Origin: Euryarchaeota archaeon TMED192
Lineage (GTDB): Archaea; Thermoplasmatota; Poseidoniia; Poseidoniales; Thalassarchaeaceae
NCBI GenBank assembly: GCA_002170775.2
Contig: NHIP02000014.1
Span: 44,462 to 108,461, forward strand
Direction of reading: 5' to 3'
DNA: 64,000 nucleotides
Below are positions 51,678 through 60,923 of the stretch, one piece after another. The notes beneath the pieces were generated by a model. It was not told the origin of the DNA, made no database searches, and was given only the letters and a program-made list of their open reading frames with translations. The position numbers and the translations under genes were made by a program. How positions within the stretch are numbered: the stretch's first letter is position 1; every line of letters begins with the position of its first letter.

Positions 51678-52549
51678 GCTCAAAATTAAGGATTTATCCT
51701 GGGCATATTTTTGCAACGCTCCTAATCCTCGCACTGATCGTGATGGATAGATCAGTAGATGATTGGGGCACACTTTCGAATGGGCTCGGGAATCTAGTCA
51801 TTTTCTTTCATGAGTCTCTCTGGCCACCAGAATGGGGAGTGCTTGAACCTCGGGGTTGGCCGGAGTGCACTGCCTCATCAGCTGTTGATTTTACATGCTC
51901 AACAGCATGGATTGGTATGATAGAAACTCTTCAGATAGCCTTTGTATCAACAATACTTGCAATGACTATCTCCCTCCCTATGGCGCTCCTAGCTGCAAAG
52001 AATGTCGGTACACTTCGAACATCCATTGTCATTCGCTTCATCTTGGCTGCTTTCAGGAGCTTACCGTCCCTGATTTGGGCAATATTCTTTGTAATACTCA
52101 TCGGACTCGGCACTATTTCCGGGATATTTGCCATGACGATATACTCGATAGGATATCTGGGCAAACTTCAGTATGAGGCCATAGAAGGCATGAACAGCCT
52201 CCCCATGGAAGCCGCTGATGTAGCGGGCTTGAGCCGTTTTGAGAAGGCTATTCATGTTGTAATCCCTGAATCTGCGAACAATCTGATTTCTCAAGCCATA
52301 TTCATGTTCGAATACAATGTAAGACATGGCTCAGTTATTGGAATTGTAGGTGCAGGAGGTATTGGGTATTACATCGAAAGATCACTATTCTTTCTTGCAT
52401 ATGACGAGGTTTTAGCCTACTTGATCATAATCTTCGCAGTAGTCATTCTGATAGATTTCATTTCAGTATACGCTCGATCTTTCTTCAACGATGACAGAAC
52501 TGTTGTAAAAAGGACTTCATGGAAAACAGTCTTCACAGGCCACGAGTAA
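51674..52549 (+). CDS. phnE: phosphonate-type ABC transporter permease
   Basis: METLQIAFVSTILAMTISLPMALLAAKN and the EAA-like loop YEAIEGMNSLPMEAADVAGLSRFE match the PhnE pattern. ATGA overlap with phnC. Confidence 0.75.
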   Translation: MSSKLRIYPGHIFATLLILALIVMDRSVDDWGTLSNGLGNLVIFFHESLWPPEWGVLEPRGWPECTASSAVDFTCSTAWIGMIETLQIAFVSTILAMTISLPMALLAAKNVGTLRTSIVIRFILAAFRSLPSLIWAIFFVILIGLGTISGIFAMTIYSIGYLGKLQYEAIEGMNSLPMEAADVAGLSRFEKAIHVVIPESANNLISQAIFMFEYNVRHGSVIGIVGAGGIGYYIERSLFFLAYDEVLAYLIIIFAVVILIDFISVYARSFFNDDRTVVKRTSWKTVFTGHE

Positions 52550-52561
52550 CGAGTTACCAAG

Positions 52562-53569
52562 TCACTGTATCGACTCAACCATTCTTCTCACAGACTCTTC
52601 GGAAGATATCGAACCGTCAAGTAAATGGCATAAAGCATTCAGGAATGGAGTTTCCCAACCATTCTTCTCGGCAGTCTGAGAAAACATACGCGCTGCACGA
52701 ACACCCTCTGCCACCATTGTCATCTGTGCCAAGGCTTCTTCTAGGGATAATCCTCTCCCGAGCATCTCGCCAAGTGTACGATTTCTACTCCTTGGGCTTG
52801 TCGAGGTGACGTAAAGATCCCCTATTCCTGCAGGTCCAAAAGCAGTGTCCGGACTTGCACCCATCATTGAGAGAAGATATCTGCCTTCATTGAAACCAGA
52901 TTGCACAAGTGCGGCTTTCAGATTATCCCCTCCGATGGATCCTCTTAGCCCATCAACTAGACCGCAGGCAAGAGCAACCGTATTCTTGTACGCCCCCCAG
53001 AGTTCCGCCCCAACGGGATCATCAGCCGATGTGAGAATAAGCGTCTTAGTGGAAAGACGCTGCGCTATCTTGCTTGCAACAGAATCATCATCACACGCTA
53101 CTAGAGCACTCGTGATCACACCTCTCGCAACCTCGGGCGCTATAGTAGGGCCTGTTAGGACTAAGACAGGATTCGACTTGTTTACGGCACGAAGTCGCTG
53201 TTCAATTGCATTTGATATCATTCCATCTTCGCTGGCCTCTTCGGGCGCTAGGCCTTTAGCAAGATCCAGAATCACATGTGAGGGCCTGAGGTCTGGTAGA
53301 ACTAAATCAATAACTTCCAGGATAACTCCGCTTGGCAATGCAAAAACGAGAATCTCTGAGCTTTCAAGAATATCCTCATGAGCCATTGTCGCCTGAAGGT
53401 TTGGAATTTCAATATCTGGCAAATATTTGTGATTTATGGACTCCATCATTAGAGACTCATATACATCGTTCTCAATTGTCCACCCGGTAACCGTGTGTCC
53501 GTCCTCCCCCCATATCTTTGCAAGAGCCGTCCCCCAGTTCCCCATGCCAAAGATCCCTATACGAGCCAT
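52562..53569 (-). CDS. gpsA: NAD(P)H-dependent glycerol-3-phosphate dehydrogenase (bacterial GpsA type)
   Basis: MARIGIFGMGNWGTALA (Rossmann), NHKYLPDIEIP, LTGPTIAPEVA, KNTVALACG and a C-terminal LGEMLGRGLSLEEA..MVAEGV. A GGTG SD-like element lies 6 nt upstream of the ATG. Confidence 0.9.
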   Translation of the reverse strand: MARIGIFGMGNWGTALAKIWGEDGHTVTGWTIENDVYESLMMESINHKYLPDIEIPNLQATMAHEDILESSEILVFALPSGVILEVIDLVLPDLRPSHVILDLAKGLAPEEASEDGMISNAIEQRLRAVNKSNPVLVLTGPTIAPEVARGVITSALVACDDDSVASKIAQRLSTKTLILTSADDPVGAELWGAYKNTVALACGLVDGLRGSIGGDNLKAALVQSGFNEGRYLLSMMGASPDTAFGPAGIGDLYVTSTSPRSRNRTLGEMLGRGLSLEEALAQMTMVAEGVRAARMFSQTAEKNGWETPFLNALCHLLDGSISSEESVRRMVESIQ

Positions 53570-53715
53570 AGAAACACCTAGATGGCCGTCCGCGGATGGT
53601 CCTCGTTATGACCTTGGCGGGAATATAGAGCCGATGGACCGGTGTCTCAACCACTTAGTAGACTCTTCAGACAGAAAGATCTGTAGCATCAGGGAGCAAG
53701 CAGCCCGCGGCATCG

Positions 53716-53723
53716 TAAAATAT
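53716..53723 (+). promoter_or_regulatory. TATA-like box (TAAAATAT) about 28 nt upstream of the tRNA-Leu 5' end
   Basis: Position and composition fit an archaeal tRNA promoter. Sequence-only inference. Confidence 0.4.
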
Positions 53724-53747
53724 GGCGCTCAACGGGATGGAACCCTA

Positions 53748-53832
53748 GCAGGGGTTCCCGAGCGGTCAAAGGGGCTGGGTTTAGGTCCCAGTGCGTAGTG
53801 CTTCGCAGGTTCGAATCCTGTCCCCTGCACCA
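53748..53832 (+). tRNA. tRNA-Leu (anticodon UAG), CCA encoded
   Basis: GCAGGGG-TT-CCC..GGG-CTGGG-TTTAGGT-CCCAG-long variable arm-GCAGG-TTCGAAT-CCTGT-CCCCTGC-A-CCA. Type-II tRNA. Confidence 0.85.
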
Positions 53833-53898
53833 AATCAACAGGCTAGTTTCAGCGAAAGCCGCCAACGGTTTGATGAAGTACCTGTAGTATGGGATATC

Positions 53899-55974
53899 GT
53901 GGCGACCCGAGACAAGTCCTCTCGACTCGATCTAAATAAGGACGGTCAAGTAGATCTCGGCGATGTTTCCCACATCATCACTGAGGCTGAGAAAATACGG
54001 CTTGATCGCGACCTCGATTCGATAAGAGAGAGAAGATTGGGAGATACGAGATTCTTTAGATGGGCCGTCGAGGACTACGTACTTCTTTTCGGAGTCGTTT
54101 TCGGCGGGCTATTCGTGATGCTTATCGCAGTTTCAAGTACTGGGTTGATAGCCGGCGATTCGGTCGCAATCGACCAGACCTTATCCGGAACTCCCTTGGA
54201 CACAGGAGGAGAATGCATGGATAAGGAAGGCGAGATATGGCTATCAGTCTTCGAAGACCACCATGACCTGCGTGCACGTTCGTACAACGTCCCGGATAGC
54301 GATATAGCAATGCAAATCATCTACCTCGATTCAAGTAATAACCTCTCTGAAGAGCTACAGAGGGGTCTAGGGGACCTGTCCGTAACAATCGACGGCGAGG
54401 ATATCATGATTGGCGAACAATATGTGCAAGTTTCAATTTATGATATGCCCCTTGATTCACATCAGGAAGACAATCTATCGCAGATCGTTGAATCTTCCTC
54501 TGTAATCTTTAATCAGGAATTCCGAATTGAAGTGGAACACAAGAGCCGTGGAGGATTATTCTCCAGTGGAGAGGTAATTGACATCGATGTAGAAGAGACT
54601 GGTCCACGAGCATGTATGACGCTGAAGAATCTCGGGGAATGGGGTTGGTTATTGATGGCCGCAGAATGGGCTGGGGGGAGAGAAACTGCCATGTTAACAG
54701 GGGGAAGTGGCGGGGTACCTGCTTGGTGGATGGCCTTTGTTTCATTGGGAATGTCAATCGTTTTCCTATACATCCAGTATCCCTTGATGCACAAAATGTA
54801 TCATCGTGAAGGTGAAGAAACTCTGGATGCCAATCAGATTGAGCGGCTGATCTTCAGAATTCTCGAGTATTCTCAAGACGAGGCCTCAATTGAGATCGAT
54901 TTTGAACGCCTTAGAATGCAAGAGCGCCCCATATCGATAGATGTCTTTGTCCCATACACATCGAAAAGTCAGAGCATCATGACTCTAACAGAAGTCCGCT
55001 CAATCTTGATGCGGGATTTGTTATCTGAATTCGCCATATTCGGTGAAATGCGGCCATTACAGCTACGTGTCCAATCAACCTCCACAATCAATTCAGAAGA
55101 ATCGATGGTCATGAATTCAAGCCTCTCTCTGGAAGGGTTCGATCCATCGGTAATAGATGCCGACTACAGGCCATTCTTTGATTCCATTTCCATAGTCGGT
55201 ATGATCGAAGACTCTGCTAGGCCGGTAATATCCGAGTTACTAGACCAGTATGACTTGGAGGATGAAGGCACACTTGTATCTGCAGACAATCAGGCCGTTT
55301 ATGTGAGGATGATTTACCGCCCCTTGATGAGATTCAGCTACTTCTTCTTCCCAAGGAACTTTATTGAAATTGAGGAGAGTCTTTCTGAACGCCTGGAACA
55401 TGATCTCGCCGAACTCTTGAATGGAAGGAAGGTGATAGTCAGCGCCAGGAACCTAAGGCGAACTCTTGCAGACCAAGCAGTCGCAGGACGTGTGGAGCAA
55501 GGTGGTTCAAATTTCTCTGGAGAAGCACTTGTCGCCAAACAGCCCGGAATAACGGGAACACTCCTCCAGACTGTAGGGGGAGATATTCTTTCCAGTGTCG
55601 AATATGTGGCGCAGCGTAATCGGAAACGGATAGACAGGTATGGTTTCTGGGGCCTGATAGTATTCGTCTGGATCCCTTTCATGGCAAGTGGAGTATTAGT
55701 TGGTGCCATGCTGGGGCTTGTCGCGAGAATGAAATTTGAGCGAGTGCTCTTTGCATGCACTTTAGGCGGAACCGCAGCATCCATCACTTGGGCGTACACA
55801 GCAAGAGGAATAATCGAATTCATGGAACGATACCAAGCTGAAGTTTTGATTCCTTTTTTGATTGGGCTAGTTTTTCTATTCACATTCTTCCATCTGAGGA
55901 GAAATAAAAGGCGGAGAAGAGAAGAACTCTTCAGGGAATCCATGGCATTCTTCAACCGGGTATCTCTAAATTAG
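53899..55974 (+). CDS. multi-domain membrane protein (C-terminal COG2426/small-export-like TM module)
   Basis: The longest ORF (53791) starts inside tRNA-Leu. The first in-frame start after the tRNA is GTG 53899, so the start is uncertain. The N-terminus has a DLNKDGQVDLGD Ca-loop-like motif and several TMs follow. The C-terminal GLIVFVWIPFMASGVLVGAMLGLVARM resembles the Sm_multidrug_ex family pattern. Confidence 0.55.
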   Translation: MATRDKSSRLDLNKDGQVDLGDVSHIITEAEKIRLDRDLDSIRERRLGDTRFFRWAVEDYVLLFGVVFGGLFVMLIAVSSTGLIAGDSVAIDQTLSGTPLDTGGECMDKEGEIWLSVFEDHHDLRARSYNVPDSDIAMQIIYLDSSNNLSEELQRGLGDLSVTIDGEDIMIGEQYVQVSIYDMPLDSHQEDNLSQIVESSSVIFNQEFRIEVEHKSRGGLFSSGEVIDIDVEETGPRACMTLKNLGEWGWLLMAAEWAGGRETAMLTGGSGGVPAWWMAFVSLGMSIVFLYIQYPLMHKMYHREGEETLDANQIERLIFRILEYSQDEASIEIDFERLRMQERPISIDVFVPYTSKSQSIMTLTEVRSILMRDLLSEFAIFGEMRPLQLRVQSTSTINSEESMVMNSSLSLEGFDPSVIDADYRPFFDSISIVGMIEDSARPVISELLDQYDLEDEGTLVSADNQAVYVRMIYRPLMRFSYFFFPRNFIEIEESLSERLEHDLAELLNGRKVIVSARNLRRTLADQAVAGRVEQGGSNFSGEALVAKQPGITGTLLQTVGGDILSSVEYVAQRNRKRIDRYGFWGLIVFVWIPFMASGVLVGAMLGLVARMKFERVLFACTLGGTAASITWAYTARGIIEFMERYQAEVLIPFLIGLVFLFTFFHLRRNKRRRREELFRESMAFFNRVSLN

Positions 55975-56024
55975 TAAATTTTTGAAAGCGATAGTAAATT
56001 AGGCCCCCACGTGCCCATTAAGGT

Positions 56025-56831
56025 ATGGCCCTAGTAGACATAAAATCACTTGAGCGGCATTACGTTATGCCGTCAGGGACCGTGAAAGCTCTTGACGGGG
56101 TCGACTTGGAGATAAAAGAAGGTGAAAGGATAATTCTCCTTGGACCTTCTGGGTCTGGGAAGTCCACCTTGCTCAATTGCCTCTCTGCATTGGACACACC
56201 AACAGGAGGTTCCTACGAATTCGCGGGCAAGGAGGTACCCAGGGCTTCGGCATTGGGGCCTAAGTTGTGGGAAAAAATATCCTCAATTCAATGGAATCCC
56301 CTGACCCTTATACCGCCACTTCGATTTTTGTTTTACCCTATTGATTATTTCACCCATTCTAGGCCTGAGTCGAAGGCTAGCGAACAGATGACTCGGTTTA
56401 GGAGGGACAATATTGGGTATGTATTCCAATTCTTCAATTTACTACAAGATCTAACAGTTCTTGAGAATATCCTGCTTATTCAGGAGTTAGCAGATGGAAG
56501 GGATGAGGAGCGAGCACTACATCTTCTCAAAATAGTAGGATTAGAGGCTGAAGTTAACAGATTTCCAGCAGAGATCAGTGGGGGCCAACAACAGAGAGTC
56601 GCAATTGCTCGCAGCCTCGCCAAGAGTCCAAGGCTGCTGCTGGGAGATGAGTTGACAGGAAATCTTGATTCAAAGACTTCAACCATGGTGATGGAAGTCC
56701 TTGTCAAGGCATGTGAGGCGGAACGGATAACCTGTGTTTTGGTGACTCATGATGAATCATTGATTGAATTCGCTACAAGAGTAATTAGGATTGACAGTGG
56801 AAAAATAATTTCCGATGAGATTGTTGAATGA
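56025..56831 (+). CDS. ABC transporter ATP-binding protein (MacB/LolD type) with internal insertion
   Basis: GPSGSGKSTLLN, YVFQFFNL, ISGGQQQRVAIARSLA, LLLGDELTGNLD and VTHD. About 40 extra residues lie between the Walker A region and the Q-loop. Confidence 0.9.
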   Translation: MALVDIKSLERHYVMPSGTVKALDGVDLEIKEGERIILLGPSGSGKSTLLNCLSALDTPTGGSYEFAGKEVPRASALGPKLWEKISSIQWNPLTLIPPLRFLFYPIDYFTHSRPESKASEQMTRFRRDNIGYVFQFFNLLQDLTVLENILLIQELADGRDEERALHLLKIVGLEAEVNRFPAEISGGQQQRVAIARSLAKSPRLLLGDELTGNLDSKTSTMVMEVLVKACEAERITCVLVTHDESLIEFATRVIRIDSGKIISDEIVE

Positions 56832-59289
56832 GGCGGGATTCTTGTTTGGATTACTAACAAAGCGTTTGGCACGAAGCCTTTGGCGCACAAAGATACGACT
56901 TTTTGCAGTAGTAATCATGGTGATGGTCGGCGTTTTCGCAGGCATATCTTTTGCAGCATACGCTCATACCGCATCAAGCATGTACGATGATATCTATGCA
57001 GATACAGATAACGGAGTGAATCTTGCAGATATATGGGTGGAAAATCCCGGATCGACATGGAATGGAAGCGCTGCTGACTCTATTTGTGATGAAATTGAAG
57101 CCCAATGGCCGGATTCAGATTTGTCACTAAACGAATGCGAGCCTCGTCTGAAACTAGACGGCGTCATGTTCCACATCAGCGATGACGGCCAAGAATCCAT
57201 CATTCCTGCAGTTTGGCACGGAATTGATCAAGGGCATGTCGACAGAGTTTGGTTTCCCGATCATGAATGTTGCTCAGGGGCGATGCCCAGCGCAATTGAT
57301 GAGATAGTTGTGGATGTGAGGGTGGCTGAAGGAATGGATGTTGGAATTGGCGATAGCATCACCATAGGCGCAGGATTCGGCAGTATGAATTACAGTGTCG
57401 TCGGCATAGGGTTTCACCCAAATCACCTGTATTACGCTCAGAGCGGGTCACTATTCCCCGCAGATCCTGGAACATTTGCTACTGGATACTTGACGGCCGG
57501 GGGCCTCGAGAAGTTAGCGAATCTCAGCGTTGGATCAGCAAATCTCCTACTCATTGACATAGTCGGAACTCCGGAATATGACTTGCAATCGACAACCGAT
57601 ATCGAAGGCGAAGAAACCATCTTCGTCATTGATGAAATTGACTCTATTTTACAAGATATCCAAGACTCTCCCTCTCTGGTATACAGCCGCTCCGGAGTTG
57701 AATCAGTAGAATTTCTTCGTGCTGATGCGGAAAGTGCAATGGAGATTTATGTGCCAGTTACAGCTATGATTGCAATAGTTGCTGGAATAACCATTTTCTT
57801 GAGCCTTCAAAGGCTGGTGCAGTCCCAAGCTAGAGAGATTGCGATACTTAGGACCCTCGGAATCCCAAGAAACGTCATAATTCCAGGATATATCCTAATG
57901 CCGATAATAATCGGTTTGGTAGGCTGTCTTTTAGGGGGGATATTTGGAATATTATTCGGCGCCCCATCTATGTTAGGCATCTATGAAGGGGTGCTGGGAA
58001 TCCCAATTATCGAATCTGCAGATATCAACCCAATCTTGCTGCAAATATCCGGGATTGCCATGCTAATAGTTCTGTTTTCTGGCATTCTCCCAGCTATACA
58101 GGCTTCCAGGCTGCAGCCCCTAGAGATTATGCGCGGACAACATCAGATTAGACTGTCATCCAGGATGCTACAGAGGTTAACTTCCAGGCTCCCTTCCACC
58201 GTGGGGCTAACAATCCGATCTAGCATAAGAAAGCCTGCCAGACTAGCCTTCACGTTCTTCGCTGTTGGCCTGTCTATGCTAATTTTCGGAAGTATGAGTT
58301 TAATGATGGGCACAATGGAAGAAGCGATAGTTGGTAATGTTGAGGACAACCAAAATTGGGATGCTGAAGTTACAGTTCCCTTTGGAGGAGAGGTAGCAGT
58401 TAGTGAATGGGCTGAAGAGAGAGGTGCAAATTACGAATTGAAGTTAGCGTTCCCGGCCAATCCCGTGGGGGATTCGAGGTATCTAACTGTCAATGGATTA
58501 GATACAATATCAACCAATGACAATTCTATGATAGTCTTAGATCTCAAGGAAGGATCACTTCCTGTGGCTAATTCTGAAATTATTCAGGTGCTCGTTGATG
58601 AGGGGCTGCAGCACTTCCTAGATTGGCAAGTCGGCCAAACTCAGACAATCATGTTCGGCGCCAATCCAATGAATATTGAGATAACCGGTATCACTCAAGG
58701 AGAAATATCGAGAACCATATATGTCCACCGGCAGGATTTGGCTCCTGTGGTGGGGATAGAGGCGACCTCTGTTTTGATTGAACTGCCAAGTGGGGCGGAA
58801 GTCGACAGCGAATTGGGCGAAATTTCACTCGGGGTGACTCAAAAAGTGGACTTAATCTCAACTTTTGAGACTATTCTCGATCAGCAACAGGCAATTTTCA
58901 GCTCAGTCTTAGCGCTTGGAATAATCATTGCGATAGTCGTTTTATTCAACACGCTAATTATGAATCTTGCAGAACGAGACGTGGAGATAGCGACATTACG
59001 GGTGCTTGGTGCCCCAATCAACAAGATTGGGGGGATGATGCTGGGCGAACATATCGCCATTGGCCTAATCGGCGGAATTCTGGCCACTGGATTCACAATT
59101 ATTGGCACCCAGGCTCTAGTTTCTACATTCATACAATGGGCATTTTATCTGACCGTCAGCCCTGATTCCATGGTCATAGCGCAACTCGTCGGCATAGTCG
59201 TTTTCATATCAGTAATGCTCACTCCCTTCGGAATGTGGCGAATTAGTAGGTTAGATCTCGTCGAGAAGGTCAAAGACCTATCTCAGTGA
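56815..59289 (+). CDS. ABC transporter permease, double FtsX-domain (MacB-like)
   Basis: 824 aa with an N-terminal TM, a large ectodomain, a 3-TM block, a second ectodomain and a 3-TM block. It overlaps the ATPase gene by 17 nt. Confidence 0.8.
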   Translation: MRLLNEAGFLFGLLTKRLARSLWRTKIRLFAVVIMVMVGVFAGISFAAYAHTASSMYDDIYADTDNGVNLADIWVENPGSTWNGSAADSICDEIEAQWPDSDLSLNECEPRLKLDGVMFHISDDGQESIIPAVWHGIDQGHVDRVWFPDHECCSGAMPSAIDEIVVDVRVAEGMDVGIGDSITIGAGFGSMNYSVVGIGFHPNHLYYAQSGSLFPADPGTFATGYLTAGGLEKLANLSVGSANLLLIDIVGTPEYDLQSTTDIEGEETIFVIDEIDSILQDIQDSPSLVYSRSGVESVEFLRADAESAMEIYVPVTAMIAIVAGITIFLSLQRLVQSQAREIAILRTLGIPRNVIIPGYILMPIIIGLVGCLLGGIFGILFGAPSMLGIYEGVLGIPIIESADINPILLQISGIAMLIVLFSGILPAIQASRLQPLEIMRGQHQIRLSSRMLQRLTSRLPSTVGLTIRSSIRKPARLAFTFFAVGLSMLIFGSMSLMMGTMEEAIVGNVEDNQNWDAEVTVPFGGEVAVSEWAEERGANYELKLAFPANPVGDSRYLTVNGLDTISTNDNSMIVLDLKEGSLPVANSEIIQVLVDEGLQHFLDWQVGQTQTIMFGANPMNIEITGITQGEISRTIYVHRQDLAPVVGIEATSVLIELPSGAEVDSELGEISLGVTQKVDLISTFETILDQQQAIFSSVLALGIIIAIVVLFNTLIMNLAERDVEIATLRVLGAPINKIGGMMLGEHIAIGLIGGILATGFTIIGTQALVSTFIQWAFYLTVSPDSMVIAQLVGIVVFISVMLTPFGMWRISRLDLVEKVKDLSQ

Positions 59290-59299
59290 GTCAGTCTAT

Positions 59300-60085
59300 A
59301 TGCGGGTTGTTACGTGGAACCTAAACGGCATCCGAGCCGCTCATCGAAAGGGACTTGATGATTTCATTGAGAAAATCGACGCTGACATCATGCTATTCCA
59401 AGAGGTTAGGGCGCTACCTGAACAGATGCCAAAGGATTGGTCTGAACCAGAAGGGTATGAGTTGATCTGGCATCCAGCGGACAAGAAAGGATATTCTGGA
59501 GTTATGTCATGCTCGAGAATCGAAATGGACGAGATCGAAAGGGGCATTGATACCAATTTGGACGACTCTAGGGACCCGGAAGGCAGGGTTTTGGTCACAA
59601 AGCATGGCAATCTGAGTTGCATCAACATGTATCTTCCAAATGGCTCATCGAGACAGGAGCGCCAAGACTACAAAGATCAATGGCTCGAAGATATGCTTGA
59701 TTGGAGTAGGAAATTTGTCGAATCGAAGGAACCCGCACTACTTTGTGGAGATTTGAACATAGCCCATACTGAGAACGACATCTGGAATCCGAAAGGAAAC
59801 AAGAGGACATCCGGATTCCTAGATAATGAGAGGCAATGGTTCGATAGACTGATTGATATCGGTTGGGAAGATTTACTCAGAAATCATCTCGGGCCAATAA
59901 AGGGGCCTTATTCGTGGTGGTCTAACAGGGGCCGGGCCAGAGAGCTCGACAGGGGGTGGAGAATCGACTATATTCTCGCCAACCCTGCTGCTTCTGAAAC
60001 CTTCATTTCAGCGGAGATAATACGGGAAGGTGGCCTTACGGTTTCAGATCACGCACCAGTGGTTGCAGATTTCGCAGACGAATAG
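59300..60085 (+). CDS. xth: exodeoxyribonuclease III
   Basis: MRVVTWNLNGIRAA, LFQEVR, CGDLNIAH, WRIDYIL and VSDHAPV. Confidence 0.9.
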   Translation: MRVVTWNLNGIRAAHRKGLDDFIEKIDADIMLFQEVRALPEQMPKDWSEPEGYELIWHPADKKGYSGVMSCSRIEMDEIERGIDTNLDDSRDPEGRVLVTKHGNLSCINMYLPNGSSRQERQDYKDQWLEDMLDWSRKFVESKEPALLCGDLNIAHTENDIWNPKGNKRTSGFLDNERQWFDRLIDIGWEDLLRNHLGPIKGPYSWWSNRGRARELDRGWRIDYILANPAASETFISAEIIREGGLTVSDHAPVVADFADE

Positions 60086-60121
60086 CAGAGATTCAAACGC
60101 ACCGGCCTGTTAGTTCAACAT

Positions 60122-60916
60122 ATGGCAGATGATGTCAACGACGCTCTCTCTTCGCTGTTGCCGGGTGGCAGAGGTGTGTGGATACCCATGGATCATGGTT
60201 TAAGCTCCTACCCGGTAGAGGGTCTCAATGACATCGACTCAGCCGTGGATGATTGTATATCTGCAGGTGCCGACGCAATCGTTCTCCAGAAAGGAGTACT
60301 TTCATATCAATTATCGAGGACAAAATGGAAAAATTTCGTAATGCACGTATCAGCGTCTACGATACACGGCGGAGAAAATGCAGATAGAAAGATACTCGTT
60401 GGAACTGCAAAGGAGGCCCACAAGAGAGGCGCAAGTGGTCTTTCTTGCCAAATAAATCTCGGAGATAAAATGGAATATGAGATGATGGAATCTGCAGGCG
60501 CCCTCACCACCTCTGCGTTGAAATATACATTGCCAGTTCTAGGAATGGTATACCCAAGAGGCCCAAACTTGGTGCTAGGTGAGGAGGATGCGACCTATGG
60601 CGTTGCACATGCAGCTCGTGTGGCATGGGAATTGGGATGTCATGTGGCCAAGGTGCCGTGGACGGGAGACGCCGAGTCTTTCGAAGAGGTCTGCTCCGCA
60701 GCCCCCATTCCCGTATTAATCGCAGGCGGCCCCAAGGGGAAGCCGTTCACCCAGACACTCGAGATTGTAGAAAGCGCGATATCATCAGGAGCTTCTGGGG
60801 TGTGCATGGGTCGACAAGTCTTCTCCTCATCCAATCGAGTTGGCAGGATTAAAGCCCTCAGAGCAATTGTCCACGAAGGCGCAACCGCTGATCAGGCTTC
60901 CACTTTGCTGGAGTGA
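60122..60916 (+). CDS. aroA': 2-amino-3,7-dideoxy-D-threo-hept-6-ulosonate synthase (class I aldolase/DhnA family)
   Basis: IPMDHG, AIVLQKG and HVAKVPWTGD (Schiff-base Lys region) are present. At 264 aa it is the same size class as MJ0400-type enzymes. The functional call rests mainly on its position directly upstream of DHQ synthase II. Confidence 0.7.
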   Translation: MADDVNDALSSLLPGGRGVWIPMDHGLSSYPVEGLNDIDSAVDDCISAGADAIVLQKGVLSYQLSRTKWKNFVMHVSASTIHGGENADRKILVGTAKEAHKRGASGLSCQINLGDKMEYEMMESAGALTTSALKYTLPVLGMVYPRGPNLVLGEEDATYGVAHAARVAWELGCHVAKVPWTGDAESFEEVCSAAPIPVLIAGGPKGKPFTQTLEIVESAISSGASGVCMGRQVFSSSNRVGRIKALRAIVHEGATADQASTLLE

Positions 60917-60923
60917 ATGGCGC

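Noticed and set aside
53664-53693. C/D-box sRNA-like pattern (CTGATGC ...15 nt... CTGA) on the minus strand in the gpsA/tRNA-Leu spacer
   Set aside because: The C box is imperfect, there is only one box pair, there is no terminal stem and the guide spacing is wrong. It is indistinguishable from chance.
53791-53898. N-terminal extension of ORF 53791..55974
   Set aside because: It begins inside tRNA-Leu (GTG at tRNA position 44), so it cannot be the real start.
53570-59289. Genomic island integrated at tRNA-Leu. The flanks of tRNA-Ser and tRNA-Gln were considered the same way.
   Set aside because: There is no integrase or recombinase, and I could find no direct repeat of the tRNA 3' end downstream. 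The flanking genes look like ordinary chromosomal genes.
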